Program-made: the position numbers and the translations under genes
The notes under the pieces: model-generated
Databases searched by the model: none
The model's input: the letters and a program-made list of their open reading frames with translations, nothing else
Told to the model about the DNA's origin: nothing
Origin: an uncultured archaeon
Lineage (GTDB): Archaea > Thermoproteota > Nitrososphaeria > Nitrososphaerales > Gagatemarchaeaceae
NCBI GenBank assembly: GCA_963799775.1
Contig: CAWCYD010000003.1
Location: forward strand, 896,001 to 960,000
Direction: 5' to 3'
DNA: 64,000 bases
Part shown: piece after piece, positions 9,818 to 19,882 of the stretch
How the letters are laid out: every line of letters begins with the position of its first letter
How positions within the stretch are numbered: the stretch's first letter is position 1

Positions 9818-10807
9818 TCAAACATACTCCTTGAGGTTCTGCCTGTAAAACGCGATTGTGCGAGCCAGTCCTTCGCTCAAGGCTGTCTGAGGCCCCCAAC
9901 CTAGGAGGGATCTTGCCTTTGCGTTACTGATTAGGACATCACCTACTTCTGAGGGTTGTTGATTCGCTGGATATGGAACCTTGACTGCCTTGCCGGACCC
10001 CGCCAATCTAATCACCTCATCCGCAACTTCAGCAAGCGTCATGGCGCCTCCGGAGCAGACGTAGCAATAGTCGCTCCTGATGGAGCTAGCCGCCGCGCCA
10101 GCTTTGAGGGCAGCATCGGTAGCGTCATCGACGTAAAGGAAGTCGCGCTTCTGGCTGCCGTCCCATAATTCTATGGTTCTCCCTTCCAAAGCCAGTCGGA
10201 TGAACCAGTTGAGGACACCCATCTGACTAGATTTCATCTGGTGCCTCGGCCCATAGGTGTTGGTGAAGCGCAACGAAATGGCATTAATCCCGTATCGGTG
10301 CGCGTAGATTAGGCAGTACTTCTCCGCGGCTGACTTGTCTGCCCCGTATACGCTTAGCGGAAACTCAGCGTAAGTTTCATCGACTTTCTCATTCGCTCGA
10401 CCTATTTGGCCCCGCGTTCCTGCGAAGATGAGACGAGGGCTACTCCTTGACCTTCTGATGACTTCGAGCAACCTCAACGTGGACCTTACATTCAACTCCA
10501 TATCGAACTCCGGTTCGATGTCTGCTTTGGCGTGACTTCCTTGTCCCGCGAAATGAAAAACGAAGTCGGCGTCGTTTAGGTCAGATGCAATGGCGTCCGC
10601 GTCGCGAAGATCCTTAGTCTCGATGCGCACGTTATTCAAGATGTTTTTCACGTTGAACATGTTTCCCCCGAGGCCATCAATCATTGAATCGATGATTAGG
10701 ACTCTTGCACCTAAGTTCGAAAGCGCGATGGCTAGGTTGCTGCCCATAAATCCCAGACCTCCAGTTACAACACAGTGAGTGTCCCGGTAGATTTCGGTAA
10801 CGTTCAT
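9818..10807 (-). CDS. NAD-dependent epimerase/dehydratase
   Basis: TGGLGFMGS, YGADK and TNTYGPR motifs. ATG at 10807 lies about 25 nt below a TATA-like box. Confidence 0.88.
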   Translation of the reverse strand: MNVTEIYRDTHCVVTGGLGFMGSNLAIALSNLGARVLIIDSMIDGLGGNMFNVKNILNNVRIETKDLRDADAIASDLNDADFVFHFAGQGSHAKADIEPEFDMELNVRSTLRLLEVIRRSRSSPRLIFAGTRGQIGRANEKVDETYAEFPLSVYGADKSAAEKYCLIYAHRYGINAISLRFTNTYGPRHQMKSSQMGVLNWFIRLALEGRTIELWDGSQKRDFLYVDDATDAALKAGAAASSIRSDYCYVCSGGAMTLAEVADEVIRLAGSGKAVKVPYPANQQPSEVGDVLISNAKARSLLGWGPQTALSEGLARTIAFYRQNLKEYV

Positions 10808-10914
10808 CAGAACCTTCCGGTTCAAAATGGAAATATAAACCTGGAACCTGAACGCTGCGGTTTCGATTATGACAGGGTCGGCTTGATTAGCCACCTATTT
10901 CGAGCGTCAGACTC

Positions 10915-11916
10915 GTGAGGTTCACTTTCGGGCTACCAACATACAATAACGAGAACTACATCGAGCGCTGCCTAACCTCCATCCAGAGACAAGACTACGA
11001 CCAATCGCAGGTAGAAGTCATCATCGCTGACGGCGGCTCTAGCGATTCGACGGTCAGAATAGCGAGGTCATTCGGCGTCCAGGTATACCCCAATAGGCTC
11101 CGGCTGGCCGACTATGGTCAGCAAATTTGCGCGAGAAACTCGACTGGGAAGTATTATGTGATTTGGGCAGCGGATAACGAGCTAACTGATCCTTATTGGT
11201 TGAAGAAAGTCGAGAGCATCATGGAGGGGAACGGCTCGGTCTCTGCGCTTTGGGGACCAATGCGCTCAGGGCCCGACGACGCTCGCGTAAACAAGTACTA
11301 TGAGCTCATTCAGTCCGAGCCAGTGACATACTTCCTAAATCACAATCTCCAATGGTATCTAAAGGGAGCGCGCGAATGTTCCGTCTTCGGGGCACCGTGT
11401 TACATTTTCAAAGTAGACCCCAAGAGGCCCCTGGTTTGGGGCGCGAATGGCCTCGTTTACCGAAGCGAGCAAATCAAACCTCTGCTGCTGCGTGACAAGT
11501 TCGTCGGCGACAACGACCTCTTCCAGGGCCTAATCGAAGCCGGAAGAAACACTGTCGCCTATATGCCCTCGCTCTCAATCGAGCACCATACTGTGAAAAG
11601 CCTAACAAACTGGATTACGAAGTTAGTACGGAAACATGTTCAACACACAATCTCCGAGATTGGTGGCGAAAGAAACATGAACTGGCTCTACACGGAAAAG
11701 TTCGGAGAGCAGATGGCTGTTTGGACTATTTACAGCCTCATTCCAACCGCCTCCACAGCACAGGCTCTTCACAACGCCCTGAGGGACAGGAATCCCTATT
11801 GGTTCTATCATCCAATCCTGAACTTCGCGCAGGCCGCAATCCTAGTGACAACCACGCTTTCTTCTGCGAATGGACTACGTTTTCTACGAAAGTCACTTCG
11901 TAGAAGCCCAAACTAG
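10915..11916 (+). CDS. GT2 family glycosyltransferase
   Basis: PTYN, IIADGGSSDST and AADNE (DxD-like) motifs, hydrophobic C-terminus. Confidence 0.88.
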   Translation: MRFTFGLPTYNNENYIERCLTSIQRQDYDQSQVEVIIADGGSSDSTVRIARSFGVQVYPNRLRLADYGQQICARNSTGKYYVIWAADNELTDPYWLKKVESIMEGNGSVSALWGPMRSGPDDARVNKYYELIQSEPVTYFLNHNLQWYLKGARECSVFGAPCYIFKVDPKRPLVWGANGLVYRSEQIKPLLLRDKFVGDNDLFQGLIEAGRNTVAYMPSLSIEHHTVKSLTNWITKLVRKHVQHTISEIGGERNMNWLYTEKFGEQMAVWTIYSLIPTASTAQALHNALRDRNPYWFYHPILNFAQAAILVTTTLSSANGLRFLRKSLRRSPN

Positions 11917-11978
11917 GACGAAAGTTTGCTGCCTTGTTAGTCGGCGCCACCGTTTCAGTCAGACTCAGGACAAGACAG

Positions 11979-13700
11979 TCACTTTGAAACCAAGTAGTCC
12001 CCGAGGGCCAAGTATTGAAGGCCTGAGTCCTTTAGCGTGTGGACGGCCTCGGCAGGCGAGCAAACAATGGGCTCTCCGTGCAGGTTGAATGACGTGTTGA
12101 GGAGCGCGCTGATTCCCGAAGACTCCTCGAAAGCCGCTAGGACAGAATAGTAACCGTCGTTCGCAGCTCGGTCGAGCACTTGCGGCCTCGCAGTCTTGTC
12201 GTAGGGATGAAGTGCGGCCGGAATGTCCTTCTGCGCCTTTTTTGTTGTCTCGAAGGCCAAAACCATTGAGTCCGCATTGACCTTGGAGATGTCCGGACTA
12301 GAGAGGTAATCCGATACTGCATCACGCATAATCACCGGCGCGAAGGGCATCCAAAAGTCTCGCCCCTTGATCTGGCGGTTAATCTCCTGTACCACTCCAT
12401 AGTCGTGTGGGTTCGCCAGGAGGGACCGATTGCCCAGCGCTCTAGCTCCAAACTCCATACGCCCCGCCATCCTTGCCACCACCTTGTCCTCCGACAGCAG
12501 CTTGGCGACGTCTTTCGCTATATTCTGGGACTTGTAGTAGTTGAGGTCGTGCAATTCGAGCTCGTCTTGCACCTCACTCTCCGTGAACTCTGGGCCTAGG
12601 TAAAGGCTGTCTAGAGGATGAATCGGAACATCCGGGAAGAGCTTCATGTGCATGAAGTATGCTGCCCCGACAGCGTTCGTCTCGTCGCCTCCGCTCGGCA
12701 TGACAAACATCTCATCTACAACATCGAGCTGGGCAATCTTCATGTTCGCCTTTACATTCATGAAAACCCCGCCGCCGCAGGCAATCCGTCTGACTCCGTA
12801 GCGCGCGATTGAAGCCTTTACCAGCGACATGAGCAGCTCCTCGCAGACTTTCTGCACCGCGTATGCGAGCCAATCGAACCGAACTCCAGAATACTCCCTA
12901 CGGATGAACTGGCTGTACTTCACCGAGGGCAATTCCGACCTGAGACAGAGCCGTTCCGGGTCAAACACTACCATCGAGGAGAGCCGATCGTAGACCTCCT
13001 CGCCTTTGCTGTTGGCGGCGTAGGGGGCAAGACCCATCACCTTGTACTCGTCCTCGTCGACCCTCATGCCGAGATTCCTCGTGACCTCACTATAAAGCAC
13101 CCCCACGGAAGCCGAAGCATCCGTAGAGGCTCGCACCTCGAACCTTCCGTTTCCAAAGGTGCTTATGGTCGAACTGCGATTGTCACCAGACCCATCGACC
13201 GTGATGACCAAACAATCTTTGTTTTCGGCGACGAACCTCGAAGAGAACAGGGCCGAATATGCGTGACACATGTGATGATCGACGCCATGGATCTTCTTCT
13301 CGTTCACCTTGAAGAACTCTGAGAGCTCCTTGATCCGCCTTTTCTTCATGCCAGATAGTAGCGTGCCGGCGAACGGAAGCCGACTCAGCCTGTAGACATT
13401 CCCAATTCGGGGTGCGAATTTCATGATGAACCCCATGCCGTCTTGCATCTTGTCGTAGGCATTTTGAGGAATTGAGGGGAGGTATGTGCCTGCCACGGCA
13501 ACGGAATCCAGTTCGTCGGGGGCTGTAGAAGTCGAGGTCAGGCAATAATCGATCGCGTTGACCGGAAACCCAGCGCAGCCTTTCACGCGCGTGAATCTCT
13601 CTTCCGCGACAGCCGCAACGAGCCGCCCGTCTTGCAAGAGACACGCTCCGCTGTTATGCGCGGAATTGATTCCGAGGATTTTCAACTTCCCAGTCTTCAC
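11979..13700 (-). CDS. O-carbamoyltransferase (NodU/CmcH/TobZ family)
   Basis: EERFTRVK, HHMCHA, DGSGD, EYKVMGLAPY, GGVFMNVKAN, EFGARALGNRS and LNTSFNLHGEPIV motifs. Confidence 0.95.
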   Translation of the reverse strand: MKTGKLKILGINSAHNSGACLLQDGRLVAAVAEERFTRVKGCAGFPVNAIDYCLTSTSTAPDELDSVAVAGTYLPSIPQNAYDKMQDGMGFIMKFAPRIGNVYRLSRLPFAGTLLSGMKKRRIKELSEFFKVNEKKIHGVDHHMCHAYSALFSSRFVAENKDCLVITVDGSGDNRSSTISTFGNGRFEVRASTDASASVGVLYSEVTRNLGMRVDEDEYKVMGLAPYAANSKGEEVYDRLSSMVVFDPERLCLRSELPSVKYSQFIRREYSGVRFDWLAYAVQKVCEELLMSLVKASIARYGVRRIACGGGVFMNVKANMKIAQLDVVDEMFVMPSGGDETNAVGAAYFMHMKLFPDVPIHPLDSLYLGPEFTESEVQDELELHDLNYYKSQNIAKDVAKLLSEDKVVARMAGRMEFGARALGNRSLLANPHDYGVVQEINRQIKGRDFWMPFAPVIMRDAVSDYLSSPDISKVNADSMVLAFETTKKAQKDIPAALHPYDKTARPQVLDRAANDGYYSVLAAFEESSGISALLNTSFNLHGEPIVCSPAEAVHTLKDSGLQYLALGDYLVSK

Positions 13701-13782
13701 TCTATATTAGCGGTCGAACTTCAGCTGATTGAATTGCGGAATCCGAATCGATGGACTTGGTTGCAGCTCAGCAGCATCCCAG

Positions 13783-14702
13783 CTATGAAGGTACTGGGAA
13801 CTCGGGGTACGACATATCGTGAGCCGTTCTGATCGCTTCGAGGATCTCGCTGTTGAGGGCTGCGACTAGATCTGACTTGACCTTCGACGAAATACCCTGC
13901 CTTTGTTCTTCATAGAGGAGAGGGTCTCGCTTGGCCTGCTCTGCAATTTCCTCTGCGGACCTCACATCTCGTTGCCCTTGCTTGTGCCAGCAGAGGCGCG
14001 TCGTGTTCATTTCAACCAGAAAGGGTTTGGACTCTTCTCTAACAAAGTTCGCCGCCTTCCTCGCGGTATCCACAACTTCGTTGAGGTGATTGCCATCGAC
14101 CGTTGAAGTCTTGATTCCAAATCCTTCCGCGCGCCTGGCCACATTCGCCGTTGGAAGGTAATACTCCGGTCGGATATTGCCCGCCAAGCCATTGTTCTCG
14201 CAAATAAGCAACAGGGTGGACCTTTCTTACGCTCGCGATGTTCAAACCCTCGTTCCATTGGGCGTTGCTGCTGGCTGCGTCTCCGGAAAAGCATGCAACA
14301 ATGTGGCCGTCATTCTGGTAATTCTTGACTGCCCATGCCAATCCCGCGGCGACCGGCACGCAGGCTCCCGACGAGTTGGAAGCTAAACATGTACTTCGCC
14401 GGAGGATAGCTAATATGCATCTCGCCAGCCATCCCGTTGTTTACCCCTGATTTCTTCCCCAGAATCTCCGCTACGAGGGGCTTGAGGGGCACCCCCTTTG
14501 CAATAGAGTGTGCGATGGTCCTGTGATGAGTTACCATGTAGTCATTTTTGTCTAGGGCAGCACAAACCCCGACGGAGATTGCCTCCTGACCCTTGCTGAA
14601 GTGGAGATCCCCCGCCTCACCCGCGAAACAAAGCTTCTGAAATTCATCCTCCAGGAGGCGAATCATGAGCATCTTCCTGTAAAGCTCGAATTCGGGCGTC
14701 AA
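13783..14702 (-). CDS. TPP-dependent dehydrogenase E1 alpha-like subunit, split by two frameshifts (about 14365 and 14215)
   Basis: HFSKGQEA, HHRTIAH, TPP motif GDAA...ENN and VDGN spread over three overlapping ORFs. Confidence 0.85.
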
Positions 14703-15691
14703 GATGCGAGCTCCTCGATTGAAGACATTATCTGTTCACCCGATGGTAACATGTACTTGTGCAGCCCCTGGCTAGCAGGTATTGTTGATCGAGGGGCGCC
14801 CAGCCTTTTCACCGGCTTGCGCATCGACGGGAAACATCTTTCCGTAACGCCGGCAGCAAGTTCCGCACCTATGCCCGCGTAGGTGACATCCGGCTCGACA
14901 ACAAGCAGCGACCCTGTCTTTGATACCGAGGCGCAAATCGTGTCGTAGTCCATAGGATACAAGGTCCGAGGATCTATCAAGTCACAGTCAACGTTGTGCT
15001 CGTCAACAATCAATTCGACCTGTCTCAGTGTGAGCGCGTACGAGACGATTGTCAGTCTGCTTCCCTTCTTTCGTATCCTTGCCTTTCCAAAAGGAGTGGG
15101 GCGTGTCTTCCCATCGTCCTTGTCGATGTCCTTCGTGTCCACATCCCTTATCATCCGGTCTTCGAAGAAGATGGTCACACCTGGTTTCATCAGAGCGGTT
15201 GACATCAGACCGAAGGCATCGTTCGGAGCGGACGGCAATGCGACGTTTAAACCCGGGATGTGCGTGAAGAGGCTCTCCGGCCGTTGCCCCGTGGTGGGTC
15301 CTCCTACAAGGAATTCTGCTCGTATCACTATCGTGCGCGGCGGCTCAGCGTCTCCGGCAACGAAGTTGATTTTCGCTGCGGTATTACAGATACTATCGAG
15401 TGTCCTGTAGAGGAAATCCGCCGTGATTACATCGACGACCGGTTTCACCCCCAACAAGGAAGCCCCAACCGAGAAATTCGTGTTAGCGTCCTCGGAAATG
15501 GGCAGCGTCACCACCCTGTCAGGATATTCCTTCTCTATCAATGGAGCATCAAAGTGCACTTTCATATGCGCTCCCTCGCCAAAAAGGTAGATGGAAGGAT
15601 CAACCTTCATCTGCTCGTATATGGCGCCGCCGATGCTATCCCGAATCAGATGATTCCTGAACCATGGGTCGCGTTTTTCGACCTGCTGCAT
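14699..15691 (-). CDS. TPP-dependent dehydrogenase E1 beta/transketolase C-terminal-like subunit
   Basis: TLPISE, HIPGLNV, PFGKARIRKKG, LIDPRTLYPMD and KTGSLLVV motifs. Stop overlaps the alpha-subunit start. Confidence 0.9.
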   Translation of the reverse strand: MQQVEKRDPWFRNHLIRDSIGGAIYEQMKVDPSIYLFGEGAHMKVHFDAPLIEKEYPDRVVTLPISEDANTNFSVGASLLGVKPVVDVITADFLYRTLDSICNTAAKINFVAGDAEPPRTIVIRAEFLVGGPTTGQRPESLFTHIPGLNVALPSAPNDAFGLMSTALMKPGVTIFFEDRMIRDVDTKDIDKDDGKTRPTPFGKARIRKKGSRLTIVSYALTLRQVELIVDEHNVDCDLIDPRTLYPMDYDTICASVSKTGSLLVVEPDVTYAGIGAELAAGVTERCFPSMRKPVKRLGAPRSTIPASQGLHKYMLPSGEQIMSSIEELAS

Positions 15692-15747
15692 TGAATTCGC
15701 TTAAACGCTCAAATATATCAACGTTCATCGTCGACTTAACGAATTGG

Positions 15748-16701
15748 ATGCCGGAATTCTATAGAGACAATCTCGTTGTGGTAACTGGAGCGACTGGACT
15801 GAACGGCTCTTACCTTGTGAAGGCTGCCTCCGAAAAGGGGGCTAAGGTGCGTGCAGTCGCCCACTTGCGAGCGCCTAACGAATTCACCAAGCTTGCAAAC
15901 GAGATTGTAAAGGCTGATTTGATGGAAGCCGAATCTACGAGGAAGGCAGTACGGGGAGCAAACGTTGTAATCCATGCGGGAGGTATCACAGGAGGGGTTC
16001 CACTGTCAGTAAACGATCCAGGAGCGTTGGTAGCCCCGAACGCAGTAATCTCCAGTCAAATCATCGACGCATGCGCAAGAGAGAAGGTAGGAAGACTTGG
16101 CTTCATAAGCAGCACCGTTGTCTATCCTCCATCCGACCAACCAGTCAGGGAAGAACAAGCGTGGTCAGGCGAGCCCTACGACCTATACTTCGGAATCGCA
16201 TGGGTCAAGAGGTTCGCGGAGAAACTCTGCAAATTCTACTACGACAAGTGCGGACTTAAGATCGCCATAGTGAGGCCGAGCGGGGTTTACGGCCGCTATG
16301 ACAACTTTGACGAGAATGCTTCACATGTGCTTCCCGCCTTCATCAAGAGGGCCCTATCTGGTGCCGATCCGTTCGTTGTCTGGGGAGACGGGAACGACGT
16401 CAGGGATTTTGTACACGCCAGCGACCTTGCCGAAGGGATTCTCCTGATGGTGGAGAAGAACCCGACGTGCGACCCCGTCAATATCGCTTCAGGCGCGCCA
16501 TGCACGACACGCGAGCTGGCTGAGATTGTGCTCAGAGCGGTAGGAAGCAAGTCGGCGTTGAGGTTTGACAGCTCAAAGCCCACCGCGCTTCCCGTCCGGC
16601 GGGTAGACATCACGAAAGCTAAGAGCCTAGGGTATGAGCCGAAGGTATCTCTTGAGAATGGCATCGCTGATACTGTTGCGTGGTACAGAACAAAGAATTG
16701 A
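15748..16701 (-). other. Antisense ORFs over this interval are non-coding; the real gene is the plus-strand entry with the same coordinates
   Basis: The minus-strand ORFs at 15736-15975 and 16296-16664 show no recognisable motifs. Confidence 0.2.
15748..16701 (+). CDS. GDP-L-fucose synthase-like NAD(P)-dependent reductase with an atypical active site
   Basis: TGATGLNG, RPSGVYGRYDNF, SHVLPA, WGDGNDVRDFVH and FDSSKP as in the Fcl family. SSTVVYP and IAWVK replace SSCIYP and YxxxK. Confidence 0.85.
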   Translation: MPEFYRDNLVVVTGATGLNGSYLVKAASEKGAKVRAVAHLRAPNEFTKLANEIVKADLMEAESTRKAVRGANVVIHAGGITGGVPLSVNDPGALVAPNAVISSQIIDACAREKVGRLGFISSTVVYPPSDQPVREEQAWSGEPYDLYFGIAWVKRFAEKLCKFYYDKCGLKIAIVRPSGVYGRYDNFDENASHVLPAFIKRALSGADPFVVWGDGNDVRDFVHASDLAEGILLMVEKNPTCDPVNIASGAPCTTRELAEIVLRAVGSKSALRFDSSKPTALPVRRVDITKAKSLGYEPKVSLENGIADTVAWYRTKN

Positions 16702-16776
16702 CGCGAGACGAATTCAAGGCAACAAGATGCTCCTGACAGGAACAGACGTCTCCTAGCAAATTACTTTCGCGCCAGA

Positions 16777-16830
16777 CTTGGCTGCGATGGGTCCACAGGC
16801 TTGGCTGCGATGGGTCCACAGGCTTGGCTG
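16777..16830. repeat. 23-bp tandem repeat (about 2.3 copies) between convergent genes
   Basis: cttggctgcgatgggtccacagg twice exactly, followed by cttggctg. Confidence 0.9.
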
Positions 16831-16855
16831 TGGGATGGCCTCGCCGAATCTGAGT

Positions 16856-17305
16856 TCACCGTACCTCTAACCCGCCAATCTCGAGTATTCTCTTGTATTC
16901 TGGCTTGAGAGATTTAGGGACCGATAACAAGTCGCACCATTTTGCAGAGGAGCTTGTCGAGTCGAGCTTGAGTTCTCGTACTGTGGTCGAAGCACGACAG
17001 ACTACGGTTATTCCATGTTCCTTCCTCCCGATTAGCTCGTGAACGCCACACACCAGGAAATTCTTAGGTGCAATCGATATCCCAATCTCTCTCAGGAGAA
17101 TCCTGTGAGCGGCCGCCGCAATCGGCTCGTTCCTGAATATCCTCCCTCCCGGCGTGGCCCACTTTCCCTTCCATGCAAAATTATTCTGGTTCCGCTTCAC
17201 CAGAAGGAACTTGGCGCTGTCACCGAGGAGGACGATGTCCACCGTGACCATAGGAAAATGTCTCACGTGTATCTTGAAGAATTCCTCGGGAAGGAACTTA
17301 TCCAT
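16856..17305 (-). CDS. NUDIX hydrolase, GDP-mannose mannosyl hydrolase-like
   Basis: PMVTVDIV and WATPGGRIFRNE...REIG modified NUDIX box, located next to the Fcl-like gene. Confidence 0.8.
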   Translation of the reverse strand: MDKFLPEEFFKIHVRHFPMVTVDIVLLGDSAKFLLVKRNQNNFAWKGKWATPGGRIFRNEPIAAAAHRILLREIGISIAPKNFLVCGVHELIGRKEHGITVVCRASTTVRELKLDSTSSSAKWCDLLSVPKSLKPEYKRILEIGGLEVR

Positions 17306-17450
17306 AGGTATGACGCGAATTTTCAAAAGCGCTCGGTCTTGGATGGCTCGGGGCGCCATATCTATGTAACGGGCGGATCTGATTGGAGAACGGATTCTAT
17401 GCCGTCACCGGAGGAAAGATATATCTTCCGTACTCGGCGCGAGAAATCCG

Positions 17451-18560
17451 TTGCACGTACCGCTTGTCGACCTAAAGAGGCAGTATGTGTCAATCAAAGA
17501 CGAGATAGACCAGATCATTCGGCAAGTTCTCGAAGGAGGTAATTACATCTCAGGCGAGAACGTGGAGGCTTTTGAGAAAGAGTTTGCGCAGTACTGCGGC
17601 GCCAAATACGGTATTGGGGTCGCTTCCGGGACTGACGCCTTGACAATCTCGATGGGTGCTCTGAACATCAGAGGAGGAGAGGTGCTGACAGTTCCCAACA
17701 CGTTCATCTCGACAGTTGACGGAATTGTGCGGAACGGCGCCTCACCTGTGTTCATAGACGTGAATGAGCAGACTGCGAATATGAGAGTCGAGGACTTGCG
17801 AGCGAAGTTGACTCCCAAGACAAAGGTGATTCTTCCTGTCCACCTCTACGGCAACCCAGTGCAAATGGAAGAGTTACAGTTTCTTGCAGCGGAGAGGGGC
17901 CTTCGCATTGTAGAAGACGACGCTCACGCCCACGGCGCATCTTATAGAAACAGAAGAACTGGGTCTTTCGGAGATGCAGGATGTTTCAGTTTCTACCCGA
18001 CGAAGGACATCGGTGCATATGGTGACGCCGGGATGATAGTGACCAGCGACGAAACAATAGCCGAGAAATGCAGAATGCTTCGGAACTACGGGGAAGGAAA
18101 GAGATATCATTATGAGCTCATCGGTTACAACAGCCGTCTCGACGAAATCCAGGCAGCGGCCTTGAGGGTCAAGCTCCGTCATGCGGATGATTGGATAAGT
18201 GCGCGAAGAAAGATTGCGAGACGATACAACGAGAATCTGGCTGCTGTGACGAACGTAAAGACGTTCTCCGAGAGTCCCGGTGGACTTTGTGTCTACTACG
18301 CCTTCGTTATCAGGGCAAAGAGGCGCGACGCATTGCAACAGAAGCTAACTAAGATGGGAATAACGACCGCAATACACTACCCAATACCCGTGCACCTACA
18401 GAAAGCGTACGCATACCTGGGCATCGGCCCCCAGAGTTTCCCCGTCGCCGAGGCGCTAGCCAACGAGATACTCTCGCTCCCGATGTTCGCCGAACTTACA
18501 GATGAGGAGATTGATTATGTGTGCGATTGCATCGAGGCATTTGAGAACGGCAATGACTAG
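17451..18560 (+). CDS. DegT/DnrJ/EryC1/StrS PLP-dependent sugar aminotransferase
   Basis: SGTDAL, PVHLYG, EDDAHAHGA, FSFYPTK (PLP Lys), GYNSRLDEIQAA and LSLP motifs. Confidence 0.95.
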   Translation: MHVPLVDLKRQYVSIKDEIDQIIRQVLEGGNYISGENVEAFEKEFAQYCGAKYGIGVASGTDALTISMGALNIRGGEVLTVPNTFISTVDGIVRNGASPVFIDVNEQTANMRVEDLRAKLTPKTKVILPVHLYGNPVQMEELQFLAAERGLRIVEDDAHAHGASYRNRRTGSFGDAGCFSFYPTKDIGAYGDAGMIVTSDETIAEKCRMLRNYGEGKRYHYELIGYNSRLDEIQAAALRVKLRHADDWISARRKIARRYNENLAAVTNVKTFSESPGGLCVYYAFVIRAKRRDALQQKLTKMGITTAIHYPIPVHLQKAYAYLGIGPQSFPVAEALANEILSLPMFAELTDEEIDYVCDCIEAFENGND

Positions 18561-18650
18561 GGCGAGCAAGAATCAGCTGCGTGTCATCGAGCCGCATTTA
18601 TCGAGTGCAAGAACGAACCAACTCTTTCCAGATGCAAAGGGCGCCGCCGT

Positions 18651-19817
18651 ATGAGGCTCGGCGTAATGACGGACAAGATCCACCCAGGGAGCACGCCCAA
18701 AGTCATTGGGCTAGAAGTCCGATATCTTCGGGAAATTGGCCAGCAGGCCGAGGCCATCTCGATTCTAGAAGGCATACCAGGCGGGGACCAATACAGAGAC
18801 TACTTGCAAGGGCAACCGATACGATTTCTTTCATCTGAGGCATCTCCTCTTTTCAAGAAACTTAACTTCAAGTTCCCGTTTTTCGCCTTCTTCTCGACCT
18901 TTCACCTGCTGGCTCCATACTTTGCCAGCAGCGTCGTGAAGCGCGGAGAATACGACGCGATCATCTCGCACGCGACATACACCTGTCTCACCGCCAGGAG
19001 GATCTCGAAGAACAGCGGAATCCCGTATTTCGCATTCATATGGGATCCGATAGACTACATACTCAGAAAATGCTACGGCGACAAACCCCTTCGCCACTTC
19101 TTCCCAGCCTTATTGCCGCTGGGGGGAATTTTGGACAGCTACGTAACAAACGGATCGATGGCTGTAATAACTTGTTCTAACCTCCACGTCGAGTACCTCC
19201 GAACGAAGACCAACAGGCCGATTGAGATTGTTTATCCCGGATGTGAGCCCATTGATAAGATTCCAGGTTCCCGAGGCGACTATATTCTGGCCGTAGACAG
19301 GTGGGATTTGGGAAACAGCCCGCACAAGCTACTTGGAATGATGAAGCTACTGCCAAAGAACGCGAAACTGGTTGTTGTAGGGTTCTGGTATCCAGAGTCG
19401 CTCCGAACCTCGTTCGAGAGCCAAATAAAGGCGGAGGGACTCGCTGACCAGGTGGAAGCCCGGGGGCCCGCCAATCGTGAGCAGCTCAAGGCTCTCTACA
19501 GTCAAGCGCGAGTTCTCGTCCATCCCAACGAAGAGGTCTTTGGGTTTGTGCCACACGAGGCAGCCTCCTGCGGATGCCCTATTATCATGCCGGGAACATC
19601 CGGAAATTGTGAGGTCTACAAGCACGGTATCCATGGCTTCTTCCCTCCGAAGTTCGACACGCACGCCTTCGCGGAATATGCCGGTCGACTCGTCGCTGAC
19701 GAGCGCCTCGCATGGAAAATGGGCGAGGCTGCGTGGATTGAGGCTAGGAAGCACACGTGGAAAGACCACACACTGAGGCTCAATGAGATTGTCACGAAGT
19801 ACATAGGCCCGAGATAA
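18651..19817 (+). CDS. GT4 family glycosyltransferase
   Basis: EVFGFVPHEAASCGCP (Ex7E motif), GT-B size. Confidence 0.88.
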   Translation: MRLGVMTDKIHPGSTPKVIGLEVRYLREIGQQAEAISILEGIPGGDQYRDYLQGQPIRFLSSEASPLFKKLNFKFPFFAFFSTFHLLAPYFASSVVKRGEYDAIISHATYTCLTARRISKNSGIPYFAFIWDPIDYILRKCYGDKPLRHFFPALLPLGGILDSYVTNGSMAVITCSNLHVEYLRTKTNRPIEIVYPGCEPIDKIPGSRGDYILAVDRWDLGNSPHKLLGMMKLLPKNAKLVVVGFWYPESLRTSFESQIKAEGLADQVEARGPANREQLKALYSQARVLVHPNEEVFGFVPHEAASCGCPIIMPGTSGNCEVYKHGIHGFFPPKFDTHAFAEYAGRLVADERLAWKMGEAAWIEARKHTWKDHTLRLNEIVTKYIGPR

Positions 19818-19882
19818 AGGCGAAGCCAACGGATAGTCGAAAGCCAAACGCTTTTGAGATAACCTCCTCAGGCTCCAGTAGG

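Noticed and set aside
13783-15691. Central-metabolism pyruvate dehydrogenase complex
   Set aside because: No E2/E3 in the window, reversed subunit order, and a sugar-biosynthesis context.
16777-16830. Possible CRISPR mini-array
   Set aside because: The repeats are directly adjacent with no spacers, and no cas genes are nearby.
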